A DNA stretch of 25,219 nt from Oligoflexia bacterium. GTDB taxonomy: Bacteria > Bdellovibrionota > UBA1018. The DNA is taken from assembly GCA_043732485.1 (NCBI GenBank), contig JAYTHP010000207.1, positions 1 to 25,219 on the forward strand, read 5' to 3'. Under the pieces are notes generated by a model. The model ran no database searches. It worked only from the letters and a program-made list of their open reading frames with translations, and was not told the origin of the DNA. The stretch's first letter is position 1, and every line of letters begins with the position of its first letter. Below are positions 16,948 through 25,219 of the stretch, piece by piece. The position numbers were made by a program, and so were the translations under genes.

Positions 16948-19216
16948 CGGGGAAAAACAGGCGAAAGAGCCACCGGCCACCGGACTGCCACCGCACCCAC
17001 CTGAGATCGCGCCTTGCCAGCCGCTCAAAGTCCTCCCACACGTCTTGCCTTGGTCTGCTTCTGCTTGCTCCTTCGACTTCCTGACTATATTTTAGCCTCA
17101 GATAGTTCTGCGAGACGCTTGCCGCGTGCTCGGCAAGCCAAGGGTATCGCAAAACGCAGCGGGCTTGAAACGCCAGAACGCTCTCAGCGGGCAACCGGGT
17201 GAGACCGCGGGCTTGCAGTTGCTGACTATACTGCGCAAACGTTGCCACTAGCCTCGCAGCCTGTCGCTGCCCTCCGTCACCCTCACCACCCCTGCTGCGG
17301 CTGCTCGTGTCGTTCCGTAGCTTCTTTTTCCTCCTGATGCTGATCTCTAGCAAGGCGCAACCCAGGAAAAAAACCATAATGACCCTCAAACCGAAAGTCC
17401 ACCCGCCGCCTACCAGCCAGGCAGAGGGCGAGACTAAAAAAGAAGTCAAGAAGGCTTGCCCCTGACGCAGCCAGGTGCTTTGCGTCTTGTCGGCTTTGGT
17501 CCAGGCGATTTCTGTTTGCAAGGCATCCACCAGCTCTGATGCGCTTTTTAAGGCTCGCGCCGCAACGGAGTGCTCCCAGGCTTGCTGGAACCAAAGCCCC
17601 CCCCAAAATGGTGAACTGCTGGGGCTGGTAGGCGGCACGACCGCTGCCGGATCCACCCGCAACCACCGTCCTTGCGGTTGATCCCAGATCTCAGCCCAGG
17701 CGTGCGCGTCTCGCGCTCGCACCACCCAGGCCTGATTCCAGCGGTTTTGCTCCCCGCCGCGGTAGCCCACCACCACTTGCGCAGGCACCTCCAGTAACCG
17801 CATTAAGCTGACAAAGGCTGCAGCAAAGTGCTCGCAGTAGCCTTGCTTGCTGTGAAATAAAAACTCATTGAGCGGCGCTGAACCCGACGACAAGACCCCT
17901 GGCTCCAGCGTCTGGTGAAACTCCCGTTTGAACCACCGTAAGATCACCTCCACCCGCTGCGAGGCATCAGCCTGCGCTCCCAGCTGCTGCTTGAAGCGGG
18001 CCACTTGGGCGAAAACCTCTCCTGCTGCAAGCGCAGGGGGGACGCTCAGTGCTGCCGCACGAGCCTCAGGCGTGAGGCTGGAGCGGGAAACCACCCGGTG
18101 CGAGCGCACCTGATAGCTCATCAGCTGGCTGCGGGGTTGCGCGAAAAAGTAACTCAGCGCGGAGGGCTGTAAAGCATCCTGCTCACCCCACGCGTCAAAA
18201 GACGCCTCCCTCCCTGACGCATCCATGCGAAGGGCCACGCGGGCAGGAGGTCGGGGAGTCGGGGGGTCCAACGCCGCAAACGTCCTAAAGTCGGGAGGAT
18301 CCAAAGCATACAAGCTCATCGAAGCGCTCAGGGGCAAAAGCAGGGTTTGCAGGATCGAGCCTTCCTCCCCCCCCCCGCCTCTTCCCCCGCCCTCCGGCAA
18401 GCGGTAGTAGGGGGTCGTGGCGGGTCGTGGTGTTGCGTTTGGTGTCGCCCCTACCTGCAGCTTTGCGGCAGGCAGGGGTAAGCGAACCGGATCCTGGCTC
18501 GCATGCCCCCGCCAGGTCATGCCGTCTTGGGTTTCCCGGAGAGCCATCCCGCGCCAGTAGAGCGCCGCTGACCCAAACTCACGCAGGTCACCTTTGACAT
18601 GAAACGCCACCTCGATCGACTCCTGCAAGGCTGCCAATTGACCAGGCCTCAGGCTTGCTGACCCGCCCCCGGTCAACCCTACGCCGCCTGATGAGGATTG
18701 GAAGAATTTTTGCGACAATTCCGGGAACACCATGCTCACCCCGACAATCACGCAGGTTAACACCAGTGCCAGCGAGACGATTTCGCGGATAAAAGGCACC
18801 CAATACTGGCTTGGCACGCGCGGTGGATAATTTAACACCATGACACTCAAAAACCAGATCAAAAGCGTCAAGATGAGAAACCCCTGCGACACGAGCGGTC
18901 CTTGCAGCAAGCTGAGCACCACGAGTGCACACTCAAGGTTTAAGAGCGTCAAACTACTGCCGCGTTGCCTCAGAGCCCCCCCGCGATCCCACCTCGCGAG
19001 AAAGCCCTGAGCACCAAAAAAACCTAACACCAGTAACAGCCAAGCCACCCCAAAGCGCAAGCCGCCTTGGCTGAGCAAAAACTGGGCGATCCACCAACTA
19101 GCACCCGTCAGCACCCCAAGCTGAGTGCGACCTAACGACTGCGGCTGTAAAGACGGCAGTGGTGGTGAAGGTGACGACGGTGATGGGACGCTTTCACCCA
19201 CGGGAAAACCCTGCAA
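16901..19216 (-). CDS. tgpA: Membrane transglutaminase-like protein TgpA (DUF3488/TGc type)
   Basis: TM N-terminus, LYWRG, catalytic GYCEHFAAAF..LMRLLEVPAQVVVGYRGGE, DAHAWAEIW and WLRVDP. It is the third gene of a moxR-DUF58 operon. Confidence 0.9.
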   Translation of the reverse strand: MQGFPVGESVPSPSSPSPPLPSLQPQSLGRTQLGVLTGASWWIAQFLLSQGGLRFGVAWLLLVLGFFGAQGFLARWDRGGALRQRGSSLTLLNLECALVVLSLLQGPLVSQGFLILTLLIWFLSVMVLNYPPRVPSQYWVPFIREIVSLALVLTCVIVGVSMVFPELSQKFFQSSSGGVGLTGGGSASLRPGQLAALQESIEVAFHVKGDLREFGSAALYWRGMALRETQDGMTWRGHASQDPVRLPLPAAKLQVGATPNATPRPATTPYYRLPEGGGRGGGGEEGSILQTLLLPLSASMSLYALDPPDFRTFAALDPPTPRPPARVALRMDASGREASFDAWGEQDALQPSALSYFFAQPRSQLMSYQVRSHRVVSRSSLTPEARAAALSVPPALAAGEVFAQVARFKQQLGAQADASQRVEVILRWFKREFHQTLEPGVLSSGSAPLNEFLFHSKQGYCEHFAAAFVSLMRLLEVPAQVVVGYRGGEQNRWNQAWVVRARDAHAWAEIWDQPQGRWLRVDPAAVVPPTSPSSSPFWGGLWFQQAWEHSVAARALKSASELVDALQTEIAWTKADKTQSTWLRQGQAFLTSFLVSPSAWLVGGGWTFGLRVIMVFFLGCALLEISIRRKKKLRNDTSSRSRGGEGDGGQRQAARLVATFAQYSQQLQARGLTRLPAESVLAFQARCVLRYPWLAEHAASVSQNYLRLKYSQEVEGASRSRPRQDVWEDFERLARRDLRWVRWQSGGRWLFRLFFPVTVAALVCLLRGSIY

Positions 19217-20699
19217 GAGCTTGCAAACAGCGCTGATAATGCGCCAAACCCACCCCCTGGAGGACCCTCACCGTTCCGGAGTTCGGCTGCGGCAGTTCTA
19301 AGGAAAACCTTTTTTGCTGCTGCCAACACTCCTGGACCCAGACTGTTAGCTGCGATAAGCGCGCTTCGTCGTCGGTGTCGGTTTCGGTGTCGGTTTCGGT
19401 GTCATCGCCATCAAAGCTCTGTCTGGACACGCCCAGGCCGTTGTCCTTCTCTGGCCCCTCTGGCCATTGCCTCGCGAGACCCTGCCCCTGCGCAAGGTCT
19501 TGCCAGCGCAAAGCCACCGACTGAGGACTCAAGGTCCCAGATTTTTGGAATTCTTTGACTAACCACCGCCGCCCCCTGGCATGCGCCTTCCAATCGACCT
19601 GTCTGAAGGAATCACGCCCTGGCTGGTAACGCCTGTGACCAGAAAAATCCCCCTCCCGTTGATCCTCCCCGTGGCCTGCAGCGGCTCCCTCCACAGGCGA
19701 AAGCCCCCCGCCGCCTAAGCCTCCCCCTTCTTCTCCCTGGCTCCCACGCGGTTGTTGTCGGTTCGTAACCCAGGGGTTTTCCTGCAGGCCGCAGCGTGGC
19801 AACGGCAGCTGACCTTTGAGTTGCGGATAAATCACAGCAATGATGACCGACGACGAGAATAAGGCTGCAGCCCGCTTGCGCTGGTCATCAGCCAATACTC
19901 TTGCGTCCCGCTTTGTGTCAGGCGCTGGGTTCCCCTGAGTCGCTGCCCTTGCATCATCCGCCTGCAAGGGCAACAAGCTCCAGGCACAAAAAAATCCTAG
20001 CGGAAAGCGCGATTGAATCCGCACCCAGCGAGCCCGCAAGACTCCTCTTTGCGCCGGCCCAAGCCCATACCCCCGACTGCCATCGGCTCGCGCCTTGGGT
20101 AAGCCAACCGCAGAAAAGACCTCAAGCGGGAAGCTGACGCTCCGGGTCTCTCCCCGGGGCAACAAATCAAGCTCAGTCGTCAGCGTCGTTTGGCGCTGTA
20201 AGTGACCCGATCGCTTGTCGCCGCTCGAAGCGATCCCAAAACCCTCCCAAAAAACCTCAAGCGAGATTTGCAAAGCAAAGTGATGACTCTGACCCTGATT
20301 CGCAAGCGTCACTTGCACGCCATCGACGGCAAATGCGTCATGATCAGGAGGAAGGGCTGGAGAAAGACGAGGCTGATGGTTCTGATGGTCCACTGGAGAC
20401 GGCTGCGGCCTTGCTTCTTGCCACAAACAAGGAATCGCCTGCAGCTCTAACCCCTCCAAATTGCGATGGGTCTGCATCATGCCGAGCAAAAAGATCACCA
20501 AGAAAATTACCGCAACCGGGAAAAAGCGCTCAGCTTGCGTGAGGCTTGCTGCGATAAAACAACCCAAGGCTGCAAGCCCCAGGCAAAGGCCCCAGAAATT
20601 GGGAACCAGAAAAATCGTACTCTGCGCAGCCAAGCGCTCCTTGGCTAAGAGGCGCTCTTCAAGGACTTGCCAAATGCGCAACTCCTGTCCCCCCTTCAT
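19194..20699 (-). CDS. DUF58 domain membrane protein
   Basis: Two N-terminal TM helices, THRNLEGL, RGV..SRFPLGFF.AW, VYPQ, and GDFSGHRRYQPGRDSFRQVDWKAHAR..VKEF. It has an ATGA overlap with the moxR stop. Confidence 0.9.
   Translation of the reverse strand: MKGGQELRIWQVLEERLLAKERLAAQSTIFLVPNFWGLCLGLAALGCFIAASLTQAERFFPVAVIFLVIFLLGMMQTHRNLEGLELQAIPCLWQEARPQPSPVDHQNHQPRLSPALPPDHDAFAVDGVQVTLANQGQSHHFALQISLEVFWEGFGIASSGDKRSGHLQRQTTLTTELDLLPRGETRSVSFPLEVFSAVGLPKARADGSRGYGLGPAQRGVLRARWVRIQSRFPLGFFCAWSLLPLQADDARAATQGNPAPDTKRDARVLADDQRKRAAALFSSSVIIAVIYPQLKGQLPLPRCGLQENPWVTNRQQPRGSQGEEGGGLGGGGLSPVEGAAAGHGEDQREGDFSGHRRYQPGRDSFRQVDWKAHARGRRWLVKEFQKSGTLSPQSVALRWQDLAQGQGLARQWPEGPEKDNGLGVSRQSFDGDDTETDTETDTDDEARLSQLTVWVQECWQQQKRFSLELPQPNSGTVRVLQGVGLAHYQRCLQALAGFSRG
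19372..19403. repeat. Short coding tandem repeat (TCGGTG/TCGGTT hexamers) encoding DTETDTETDTD
   Basis: tcggtg tcggtt tcggtg tcggtt tcggtg tc. Confidence 0.8.
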
Positions 20700-21703
20700 T
20701 CCACTGCAATCTCACCTAATAAGGTCCGAGCCCGCTTGACCCCTTGCCCCACGCTTTCCTCGGGCAGGCCAATGCGGTGTCCGGCCACCGCTTGAAACAC
20801 CGCCTGCACGTCCTCGGGAATCACAAAGCTCCTGCCTGCCATCACCGCCCAGGCGCGCGCCGCTTGCAGCAGCTCCAAACCAGCTCGCGGGGATAACCCG
20901 TACGCTCCTTCCTCCCCTTGCACTCCCCGACTCGCTCGCACCAGCCGCAAAGCGTAAGCCACCAGCTCTTGGTCTAAGTGCACACCTAAGCGCTTTTGCC
21001 GCAGCAAGAGCAACGCCTCCCGCCCTGCTCCCTCAGCGACTCCCTCAGCCAGCTCGGGTTGCCACAAGCTCCCCCCGCCTCCTTGCCGCAAGAGCTCAAA
21101 CTCCTCCGCTTCGCTAGGATACCCCACCTGTAAGCACATCATGAAGCGATCCAACTGCGCCTCAGGCAAGGGAAAAGTCCCAAAGTGGCTGCGGGGATTT
21201 TGTGTGGCGATGAAAAAAAAGTGCTCAGGCAAGCGGTGCGTCTGCCCATCCATCGTCACCTGCCGCTCAGCCATCGCCTCCAAACAAGCACTTTGCGTGC
21301 GCGGCGAGGCGCGGTTCAGTTCGTCGGCTAACACCAAACCGGCAAAAAGCGGCCCTGGACGAAACTCAAAGCGCGCTTGCTGGTCGTTAAAAATAGAAAT
21401 CCCCAACAAATCCGCTGGCAAAAGATCGCTGGTCATCTGCAGACGACTCAGTTTCTCCCCCAAGAGCCTAGCGAGCGCCCGGGCCAAGGTGGTTTTTCCC
21501 ACCCCAGGCACGCCTTCCAGCAGCAAATGCCCTCCGGCCAACCAACAACACACCGCCAAGCGCAAAGAGTCGTGCCCACCGACAAACGACCGCGCTAGCG
21601 TCTGCAAAACACCCTCCAGTAAGCGCGAGGTCTCTAGGTCCTTCTCTAGTTGCCTTTCCGTAGCCGCCGCCCGTTTTTGCTGCACAGTCATCCCCCCTCT
21701 CAA
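20696..21703 (-). CDS. moxR: MoxR family AAA+ ATPase; start may be ATG 21691
   Basis: GHLLLEGVPGVGKT, TSDLLPAD, LADELNRASPRTQSACLEAM, IATQNP, PLPEAQLDRF, SPRA. Confidence 0.96.
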   Translation of the reverse strand: MRGGMTVQQKRAAATERQLEKDLETSRLLEGVLQTLARSFVGGHDSLRLAVCCWLAGGHLLLEGVPGVGKTTLARALARLLGEKLSRLQMTSDLLPADLLGISIFNDQQARFEFRPGPLFAGLVLADELNRASPRTQSACLEAMAERQVTMDGQTHRLPEHFFFIATQNPRSHFGTFPLPEAQLDRFMMCLQVGYPSEAEEFELLRQGGGGSLWQPELAEGVAEGAGREALLLLRQKRLGVHLDQELVAYALRLVRASRGVQGEEGAYGLSPRAGLELLQAARAWAVMAGRSFVIPEDVQAVFQAVAGHRIGLPEESVGQGVKRARTLLGEIAVE

Positions 21704-22010
21704 ACCTCAGCACTCACTTGCCTGCTCACGCCTGGCGCCACTTTTCCCGCAGGAAACGCGAAAGTCTTAGGCAAGCGTTTTTGCAGTAATCGCCTGATTG
21801 CTGCACACTCCCTCACTGTAATGTAATCCATTTTTTTTAAAGTCGGTATGAAAATACCCAAAAAGGCGTGAGCTCGCATTTTTTATTCACCTCCGTACCA
21901 AGGTGCTTAGCGCCAAACTCGCGTCACGTCACCCATCACCACCGCAAGCCCCACCCGAGGCGACCGTCAAAAAGCAACCGCTTCCCACCCACATTTCGCA
22001 TGACTCCCGC

Positions 22011-24449
22011 TCACGCCCCGGCACCCCGCTGCCGTGCTCTGGCCCTCCGGAGCAAAGCCGTGTGACCCATCGCCGACATCCTTGCGTTAGGCTTGAGCCC
22101 CTGGGAGGTCATCACGCGGTAAACATTCAGCGCCTCCTCGGCCGAGTCCCCAGAAGCTCCCAAGAAAAATGCCATGATATCGCCCCACAACGTGACGTCA
22201 ACTACTTTACCAGGGTGAGTTTTCAGGAAACTCACAAAATCAAGGACCGCAACCCGACCCGTGGCAGCGAGCTCAGAAAACAAAGTTTTGACCGTCTCAG
22301 ACTGCTCATAGGTGAAATAGGGCAGAATTTTTCTTAAAAATTCTTGGTCTCCAAGCGCTCTAGCAGAGCAAATCAGCGTGAGAAGGAAGGGATGAAAGCA
22401 CGTAGAATCATCAAACTTCTCTCCGCCATAAAGAGCATAGTGATCAGAGCCTTCATCGATCCGTTGCTCTTGAAACAGCTGCTCTTGTTGCGTAAAAAAT
22501 TCTCTGACTGCTCGGTGGTTCTTGTCATTACTCGCGATAATCAGCAGCACAGCGAAAATATCTGAAGTGAACCTGACAAGCCCTTTTTCTTTTTCCGCTT
22601 GCCAAATTTTGAGAGCCTCAGAATTTTTCCCCAGCGTTAAGTAGGTGGCAAGCAGCATTCGAAGCGTCAACTCGCTATGGGTCACACCGTGCACCGCTTG
22701 CGAGCGTAACCAAACCTGACTGGCTGCTTGCCCACCTGATTGATCATATTCCTTGCGATTGTCTAAAAAGGCCTCCATGGCTATCGCAACAGCGATAGGA
22801 TCTTTGGGAAACCGATGCCCCTGCTTTTTTCTCTGCCACAGCTCGCGAATCGCTGCTTGTTGACCTAAGTGATTGAGCATCAGAATCTCAAGATCGTAGA
22901 CCTCTTGACTCGTGGCAAAACCCGCCCTCTGGCGCTCCGCTATCAGATCAAAAGCTCCCTGGGGCCTATGGTGGGCGATCAACAGCCGCATCAAGTCAGG
23001 AAAAAGCGCCTCAGGAAGCTCCCTGCCTTGAGCTTCAAGTTGATTTTTTAAGCTCCAAAGGGCCCCCGCGCGATTTATTTTCCGCGCTGCCTCCGCTGCT
23101 TGCGCCTGATTTTCAGGTTCCTGTGGCAGTTCGCGCGGCAACTCACGAGAAAGCTCACCGTGGCGCCTTGCCTTTTCATGCCACCGCGAAGCATAAACAA
23201 CTGCGGGGAACTCAGCCGAGCGTTGGTCATCCGCCACACACTGGTACACCGACGCCCAATGAGACCAGTCAGTCTCACCGCTTAAGCGCTTTAAAAGGTC
23301 TTCGGTGAGATCAAAACGATCTTCTCCCAGCAAACTGCGCTCCAATCGCTCCTTCACCCACTGCATTTTTTGAGGCTTAACACCCAGCTTGGCTAAGTGC
23401 TGTAAAACAGACTCGACCATCCCAGCATCGACCTCAAGCGAATACTTGCGTGCTGCTTGGATCCAAACCCTGAGCGCTTGTGAGGCAGCTGCCACGACGA
23501 GCGGCGAGTGCTCCGCTTCTGACAACCCCCCCGCACTGCTTAAAGCGCCCGTCGCAGCTGTGGCGTCCGCTCTCACCTGCGCCTCTTCGGTGATCGCTTC
23601 CATGATCACGCGACAAAAATCCTGGCTACCAGGGAGCAAGTCAGCCTGCTGCATTTTCTCCCACAGCGCCAAAACGTCACCACGCCTGCCCAAGTTTGCA
23701 TAAACCAAAGCAAGCGTGCTGAGCACCCCCAGCTCTAGACCGCTCCTTCCACCCGCATCACCCTCAGCAGTCTGCTGCTCCCACGTCGCAAAGTCCCGCA
23801 AGACCTCCTCCGGGGCGCCTTTCATCAGATGGGCAAACATCATTTGCACCAAGGTGTCACTCGATAACCGCAGCCCATCACTGGCGCGCATTTCACCTAA
23901 CAAATCTCCTACTTGCAAGGCTTCGTCGTAGCGTTCTTGTTGATTCAGCGCGTGCATCAGACGCTCACAGGTCGTTCGACTCAGGGGAAGCGGTGGCTCC
24001 CCTGGAAAAGCTTTAGCCTGATCCCAAGCCAGTAAAAGCGCGGGGTAATCGCACAAGCGCCCAGCCTGCTCAAGCAAGCAGGCCAATTGATCGCCGCGCT
24101 CTTCGCCCTCTTGACGAGCGCTTGCGGCTTCAGCTCCCTCGTAGGCGGCAGCAGCGGCCGAGTGTCTTTGTGCTTCCGCGTGTTCGTGGTGGGGCCCTTG
24201 TCGTGAGTGCGCCGCACCGCCACCCCCCCCTTCCCCACTGCCGTCCCTTGGAGTGGAAGCCAGAGAGGAGCTTATCCGCCGCTCCGTGTCTCCTGCGAAG
24301 GCTGACGCCTGCAAAGCGAGCACCAAGCAGCAGGCTAAGCACAAGGTTTTGCGGAGCAGGGCGCTCGGCAGGCGGGAAAAGCCGACACGCCTCACGTTTT
24401 CAGGTGCCTCATTTTGGACGCAGGTCGCGGAAGATTTTAAGTCTGACAT
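22011..24449 (-). CDS. Pentatricopeptide-repeat (PPR)-like helical repeat protein with Sec-type signal peptide; ORF can extend to 24590
   Basis: AAGGA RBS precedes ATG 24449. Signal RKTLCLACCLVLALQASAFA. PPR-like units of about 35 aa include VLSTLALVYANLGRRGDVLALWEKMQQADLLPG, TLRMLLATYLTLGKNSEALKIWQAEKEKGLVRF and TLWGDIMAFFLGASGDSAEEALNVYRVMTSQGLKPN. Confidence 0.75.
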   Translation of the reverse strand: MSDLKSSATCVQNEAPENVRRVGFSRLPSALLRKTLCLACCLVLALQASAFAGDTERRISSSLASTPRDGSGEGGGGGAAHSRQGPHHEHAEAQRHSAAAAAYEGAEAASARQEGEERGDQLACLLEQAGRLCDYPALLLAWDQAKAFPGEPPLPLSRTTCERLMHALNQQERYDEALQVGDLLGEMRASDGLRLSSDTLVQMMFAHLMKGAPEEVLRDFATWEQQTAEGDAGGRSGLELGVLSTLALVYANLGRRGDVLALWEKMQQADLLPGSQDFCRVIMEAITEEAQVRADATAATGALSSAGGLSEAEHSPLVVAAASQALRVWIQAARKYSLEVDAGMVESVLQHLAKLGVKPQKMQWVKERLERSLLGEDRFDLTEDLLKRLSGETDWSHWASVYQCVADDQRSAEFPAVVYASRWHEKARRHGELSRELPRELPQEPENQAQAAEAARKINRAGALWSLKNQLEAQGRELPEALFPDLMRLLIAHHRPQGAFDLIAERQRAGFATSQEVYDLEILMLNHLGQQAAIRELWQRKKQGHRFPKDPIAVAIAMEAFLDNRKEYDQSGGQAASQVWLRSQAVHGVTHSELTLRMLLATYLTLGKNSEALKIWQAEKEKGLVRFTSDIFAVLLIIASNDKNHRAVREFFTQQEQLFQEQRIDEGSDHYALYGGEKFDDSTCFHPFLLTLICSARALGDQEFLRKILPYFTYEQSETVKTLFSELAATGRVAVLDFVSFLKTHPGKVVDVTLWGDIMAFFLGASGDSAEEALNVYRVMTSQGLKPNARMSAMGHTALLRRARARQRGAGA

Positions 24450-24617
24450 ACCAAGGTTCCTTTTACTGACTGGCCAGTTAAGTGAATGAGTGAGTGGGCG
24501 AGCGGACAGAAGTTTCCAGAGGAGGGCAGAGGTTCTGGCATCACCTTCACTCCTCACTTGGCAGAGGTTGCGTTCACCCCGGATCGCCACGGGCCAGGGT
24601 CTGACGGCGGGTGGCTA

Positions 24618-25128
24618 TCAACGACCCCTCCCCCCCAGCCGCTCAGGTCTCCTCCCCGCTCCTCCAGCCCCCGCAGCCTGGCTTATCAGCTTGCGCAAAG
24701 CCTGCGAGCGAAGCAATTCAACCGCAGGAGACGGCACAATGTCGCGTTGCCTCAGAAAGTCATACGCGATCAGGGCCTCCTCAGGCGATCTGCCGGCTTC
24801 ATGAATAAAAAAATTCATGACCTCCTCGCAACACTCAAGATCTATCAAGTGAGCATTCAGTTGTTTTACGTATTGCCAAAACGTTAAGGCCAGCTCCGGA
24901 GTGACCCTTGCAGCCGCAGCGACCTACCTAAAGCTTGCTGTGATTGTCTGCGACGTCTGAAACTGAAAAAATTTACTCGTCCGCACCAAAAAGTCGATGT
25001 CGCGTTGTTGAATCGCAGTGGTGAGGATGACGTCATGCAAATGATGGAGAATGCGATCCAAATCCGCCTTCTCCGCTAACTAAACGTGGTAAGTTTGACC
25101 ATTATTCATTCGCTTCGGATCATCCTTA
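24618..25128 (-). pseudogene. 3' remnant of a tandem paralog of the PPR-like gene, truncated by the IS5 element
   Basis: One frame reads KDDPKRMNNGQTYHV*LAEKADLDRILHHLHDVILTTAIQQRDIDFLVRTSKFFQFQTSQTITASFR*VAAAARVTPELALTFWQYVKQLNAHLIDLECCEEVMNFFIHEAGRSPEEALIAYDFLRQRDIVPS. This is colinear with the neighbour's C-terminus. TAG stops lie at 25080-25082 and 24924-24926. Confidence 0.78.
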
Positions 25129-25219
25129 GACACCGTTTCGCAAACCTCTAAATAGAATAAATTAGAGAATTCATGTATGTCTTTCAGGCATCAACCAAGA
25201 AAGGCGCACATGATTCCCT
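25129..25219 (+). mobile_element. IS5-family insertion sequence, left end and first transposase codons (ATG 25210); runs off the window end
   Basis: 81/91 identical, without gaps, to the reverse complement of 394-484. Starts GACACCGTTTCGCAAA and is preceded by TTA at 25126-25128. Confidence 0.9.

Noticed and set aside
16901..21703. moxR-DUF58-transglutaminase cluster as a novel system
   Set aside because: This is a well-known and widespread operon arrangement.
204..24887. Many antisense or alternate-frame ORFs (for example 204-422, 958-1443, 6655-7287, 12051-12851, 21141-21770, 24486-24887)
   Set aside because: They overlap well-supported genes, pseudogenes or the transposase, carry no recognisable motifs, and are expected shadow ORFs.
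1..25219. Active composite transposon carrying the whole window
   Set aside because: The cargo includes core genes (ftsK, cca, rlmL), the IS copies differ at 10 of 91 bases, and the outer ends and target duplications are not visible.

Overview
Bacterial chromosomal segment with most genes on the minus strand, bounded at both ends by outward-facing copies of one IS5-family element (81/91 identical bases over the shared left end). The core contains rlmL, an NFACT/RqcH protein, a CCA-adding enzyme, ftsK, two tandem NAD-dependent epimerases divergent from a ceramide-glucosyltransferase-like (HpnI/GT21-type) gene, and a moxR-DUF58-transglutaminase operon. Among these sit eukaryote-like repeat proteins with signal-peptide-like N-termini: a decayed F-box + RI-type LRR gene, an ankyrin protein with a HopX/XopE-like Cys-His-acid domain, and a pentatricopeptide-repeat (PPR)-like protein. 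A tandem PPR paralog remnant is cut by the right-hand IS. This pattern suggests a eukaryote-associated bacterium with a candidate exported effector set (inference). All calls come from reading motifs by eye; no database searches were run. No rRNA, tRNA or CRISPR array was seen.
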